The notes beneath the pieces are model-generated. The model worked only from the letters and a program-made list of their open reading frames with translations. It had not been told where the DNA came from and ran no database searches. A DNA stretch of 64,000 bases. Origin: an uncultured Candidatus Saccharibacteria bacterium (GTDB lineage: Bacteria > Patescibacteriota > Minisyncoccia > UBA6257 > 1-14-0-10-44-23). The position numbers and the translations under genes are program-made. The DNA is taken from the NCBI GenBank assembly GCA_964549935.1, contig CAZJVT010000003.1, positions 14,634 through 78,633 on the forward strand. Direction: 5' to 3'. Shown in pieces: positions 62,324 through 64,000 of the stretch. The first letter of the stretch is position 1. Each line of letters opens with the position of its first letter.

Positions 62324-64000
62324 TCACGAAGCCGCGGCGAAGGTGCCCTGGCCCGCGCGGTCGAAGACCTCGACCTCGATCTCGACCGCCTGGCGGATCG
62401 GGATCTCGACATACTGGCTGGAGCAGCTCGCCCCGAAATAGGCAGGCTTGCTGGACGAGCGCGCGCCCGGCACGCGCTTCAGCATCCGCAGCCACCCATG
62501 CGACCAAGCGCTGTTCTGCAGTGTCTCGGCGATCTTCGGATGGGTGTTCGAGATCATCAGCATGCGGTCGGCCAAGTTGATCTTGATGCCGAGGCGCATC
62601 AGCTGGGTCTGGGCAACCTGCGGCGGGACCGGGGTCTCGGCATCGTTGTTCACGGCCCAGGAGTTCTTGCCCTGCTGAGCCCGGAGGGCATCGACGACCA
62701 GCTCCGCCGCCGTCCTGGTGACCGTGCGGTTGGCGGCGCCGCCAAGCTCGATGCGATGCTCCCTGTTCAGGATCATCGAGAGGCACCGCATCTCGTCGTT
62801 GGTCGCCTCCTCATGGATGTACTCGCTCCATGAATAGGTCCGGAGGAAGCCCTTCGCCTCCTCCTCGCTGATCGCGTCGTCCGAGTCGAGCGCATAGGCG
62901 CCCGCCATGAGAGTGCCGATCATGTCTCCCAGGCGCTGGTTGCCGAAGATCGCGGCAGCCGCGCGCGACAGGGTCCTGGCGTTCTTGCGGACGATCGGCG
63001 CCATCTTGACCATGCGGGCGAGCAGCCGGACCGAGAACTCGTGGGTGAGGTTCTCGCGCACCAGCCTCTCGATCTCCTCGAAGTTCGCGGTGTCGGCGCG
63101 GACCTTCTCCTCGTCGTCCTTCCGCGGCGGCGGCGCCAGGTTCATGACGATGATGCGGCTCATGTCGGCCTGCTGCTGGATCGTCACCGAGATCGAGGAC
63201 AGCATCGCCATCGACCGGATCAGGAAGACTCGCTGCTTCTGGTCCTTGTCGGACTTGCGGATAGGCGCGCCGCTCTCCGCGGTGGCGGAGCGCATCAGCT
63301 CGAGCACCCGCTGCATGCGCACGCGGGCCTCGGCATCGTTGGACTCGGCCTCGTCGAAGAGGATCGGGCGGGCGTCGATGCCGAGCGCGGCGCGGATGCC
63401 CGCCTCGGTCGAGGTCGACTGGCAGTAGAGGGCCGTCGACTCCAGCAGCCGCTGGACGATGTTGGTCATGATCCAGGTCTTGCCGGCGCCGGCCTGAGCC
63501 GTGACCCAGCAATGGGGCCGGTACTCGAGCGCCCCGCAGATCGGCGCCAGCGCGATCCATCCCGCGAGGAGCGCGCCGGTCGCCGGCTTGTCGCCTTTCG
63601 GCGTCCGCTCCCACCGGAGCCGTCCGCAGATCTCGAGAAGAACGGTTGCCTCGTCGGCGGAGAGAGGGTCGTCCAGGTCGCCGATGCGAAGCGGCTTGCC
63701 GCGCTCGTAGACGTAGGGGCTCTCGTGGTCGGCGAGACCCATCGCCTGGCCATCGACGATCAGCTTGTCGCCGGTGTGCATCACGACGGCGGATCCCCGT
63801 CCGGCTTCCTCGATCCAGGCCCCGAGGCCGCGGACCTTGTCGGCATCGAAAATCTTCTGCGCATGGCAGCGCTGCATGAGATCGGAGGCCGCCGCCTCCC
63901 AGGCGATGCCGTTGCGGCCGCCGGGATACCGCGCTTCCCAGAACTGGACGGGGGCCAGCTGGAAGAGATCGTGGCTCCGGTGCTGGCCGGGCTTCAGGAC
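62324..64000 (-). CDS. P-loop NTPase (Walker A AQAGAGKTW, Walker B ILFDEAE); 5' end lies beyond the window
   Basis: The reading frame stays open upstream of the annotated Met all the way to nt 64000. It may be a primase-helicase- or relaxase-associated ATPase. Confidence 0.5.
   Translation of the reverse strand, partial: VLKPGQHRSHDLFQLAPVQFWEARYPGGRNGIAWEAAASDLMQRCHAQKIFDADKVRGLGAWIEEAGRGSAVVMHTGDKLIVDGQAMGLADHESPYVYERGKPLRIGDLDDPLSADEATVLLEICGRLRWERTPKGDKPATGALLAGWIALAPICGALEYRPHCWVTAQAGAGKTWIMTNIVQRLLESTALYCQSTSTEAGIRAALGIDARPILFDEAESNDAEARVRMQRVLELMRSATAESGAPIRKSDKDQKQRVFLIRSMAMLSSISVTIQQQADMSRIIVMNLAPPPRKDDEEKVRADTANFEEIERLVRENLTHEFSVRLLARMVKMAPIVRKNARTLSRAAAAIFGNQRLGDMIGTLMAGAYALDSDDAISEEEAKGFLRTYSWSEYIHEEATNDEMRCLSMILNREHRIELGGAANRTVTRTAAELVVDALRAQQGKNSWAVNNDAETPVPPQVAQTQLMRLGIKINLADRMLMISNTHPKIAETLQNSAWSHGWLRMLKRVPGARSSSKPAYFGASCSSQYVEIPIRQAVEIEVEVFDRAGQGTFAAAS

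Larger units (their letters stand above)
42420..64000 (-). other. I-type (Dot/Icm- or IncI Tra-like) type IVB secretion/conjugation gene cluster
   Basis: Co-oriented genes in the order DotI-like, secreted 355-aa, DotG-like, Pro-rich bitopic, two small membrane proteins, Cys-rich, ..., DotO-like. Motif copies precede two sub-operons. Confidence 0.55.

Noticed and set aside
1-64000. tRNA, rRNA, CRISPR array, integrase or IS element
   Set aside because: A manual scan found no cloverleaf-like GC-rich 75-nt segments, no repeat-spacer arrays and no recognisable transposase or integrase motifs. The small HTH protein at 49910..50260 is too short to call an IS. Absence cannot be proven without tools.

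Overview
This 64-kb window is high-GC (about 65-67%) proteobacterial DNA and is densely coding on both strands. I found no rRNA, tRNA or CRISPR. Nearly everything reads as accessory (plasmid- or ICE-like) content rather than core housekeeping. From about 42.4 kb to the 3' edge there is a minus-strand cluster that looks like an I-type (Dot/Icm- or IncI-Tra-like) type IVB secretion/conjugation system. Its calls are an IcmB/DotO-size ATPase, a DotG/TraO/VirB10-family protein, an IcmL/DotI-like protein, and small membrane proteins in the expected order. From 30.4 to 21.1 kb on the minus strand there is an operon headed by a 1267-aa DnaE-family polymerase, followed by an RNase HI-domain protein and tandem paralog pairs. 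From 2.3 to 21 kb on the plus strand there are co-oriented, translationally coupled arrays of small hypothetical genes. They contain many tandem paralog pairs/triplets, an AbiEii/AbiEi pair, two paralogous PPP-family metallophosphatases, an AlkB-like oxygenase and a TrpF-like barrel. Other calls are an HNH-like protein next to a NADAR-domain protein, a 2H phosphoesterase, and a secreted vWA/DUF1194 protein. Two sequence-level regularities stand out. First, a 25-30-bp motif (core TTAATCYTGTMTnCT) recurs at least 10 times in front of transcription units on both strands. Second, near-identical 16-20-nt junction cassettes (GGAGATGTCGCCATGA and CCGTCGATGGGCATGTAGC) sit at the 3' ends of many otherwise unrelated ORFs. 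All identifications come from recalled family motifs and the ORF track; no searches were run. Start coordinates were refined by in-frame Met and overlap logic and may be off by a codon or two.
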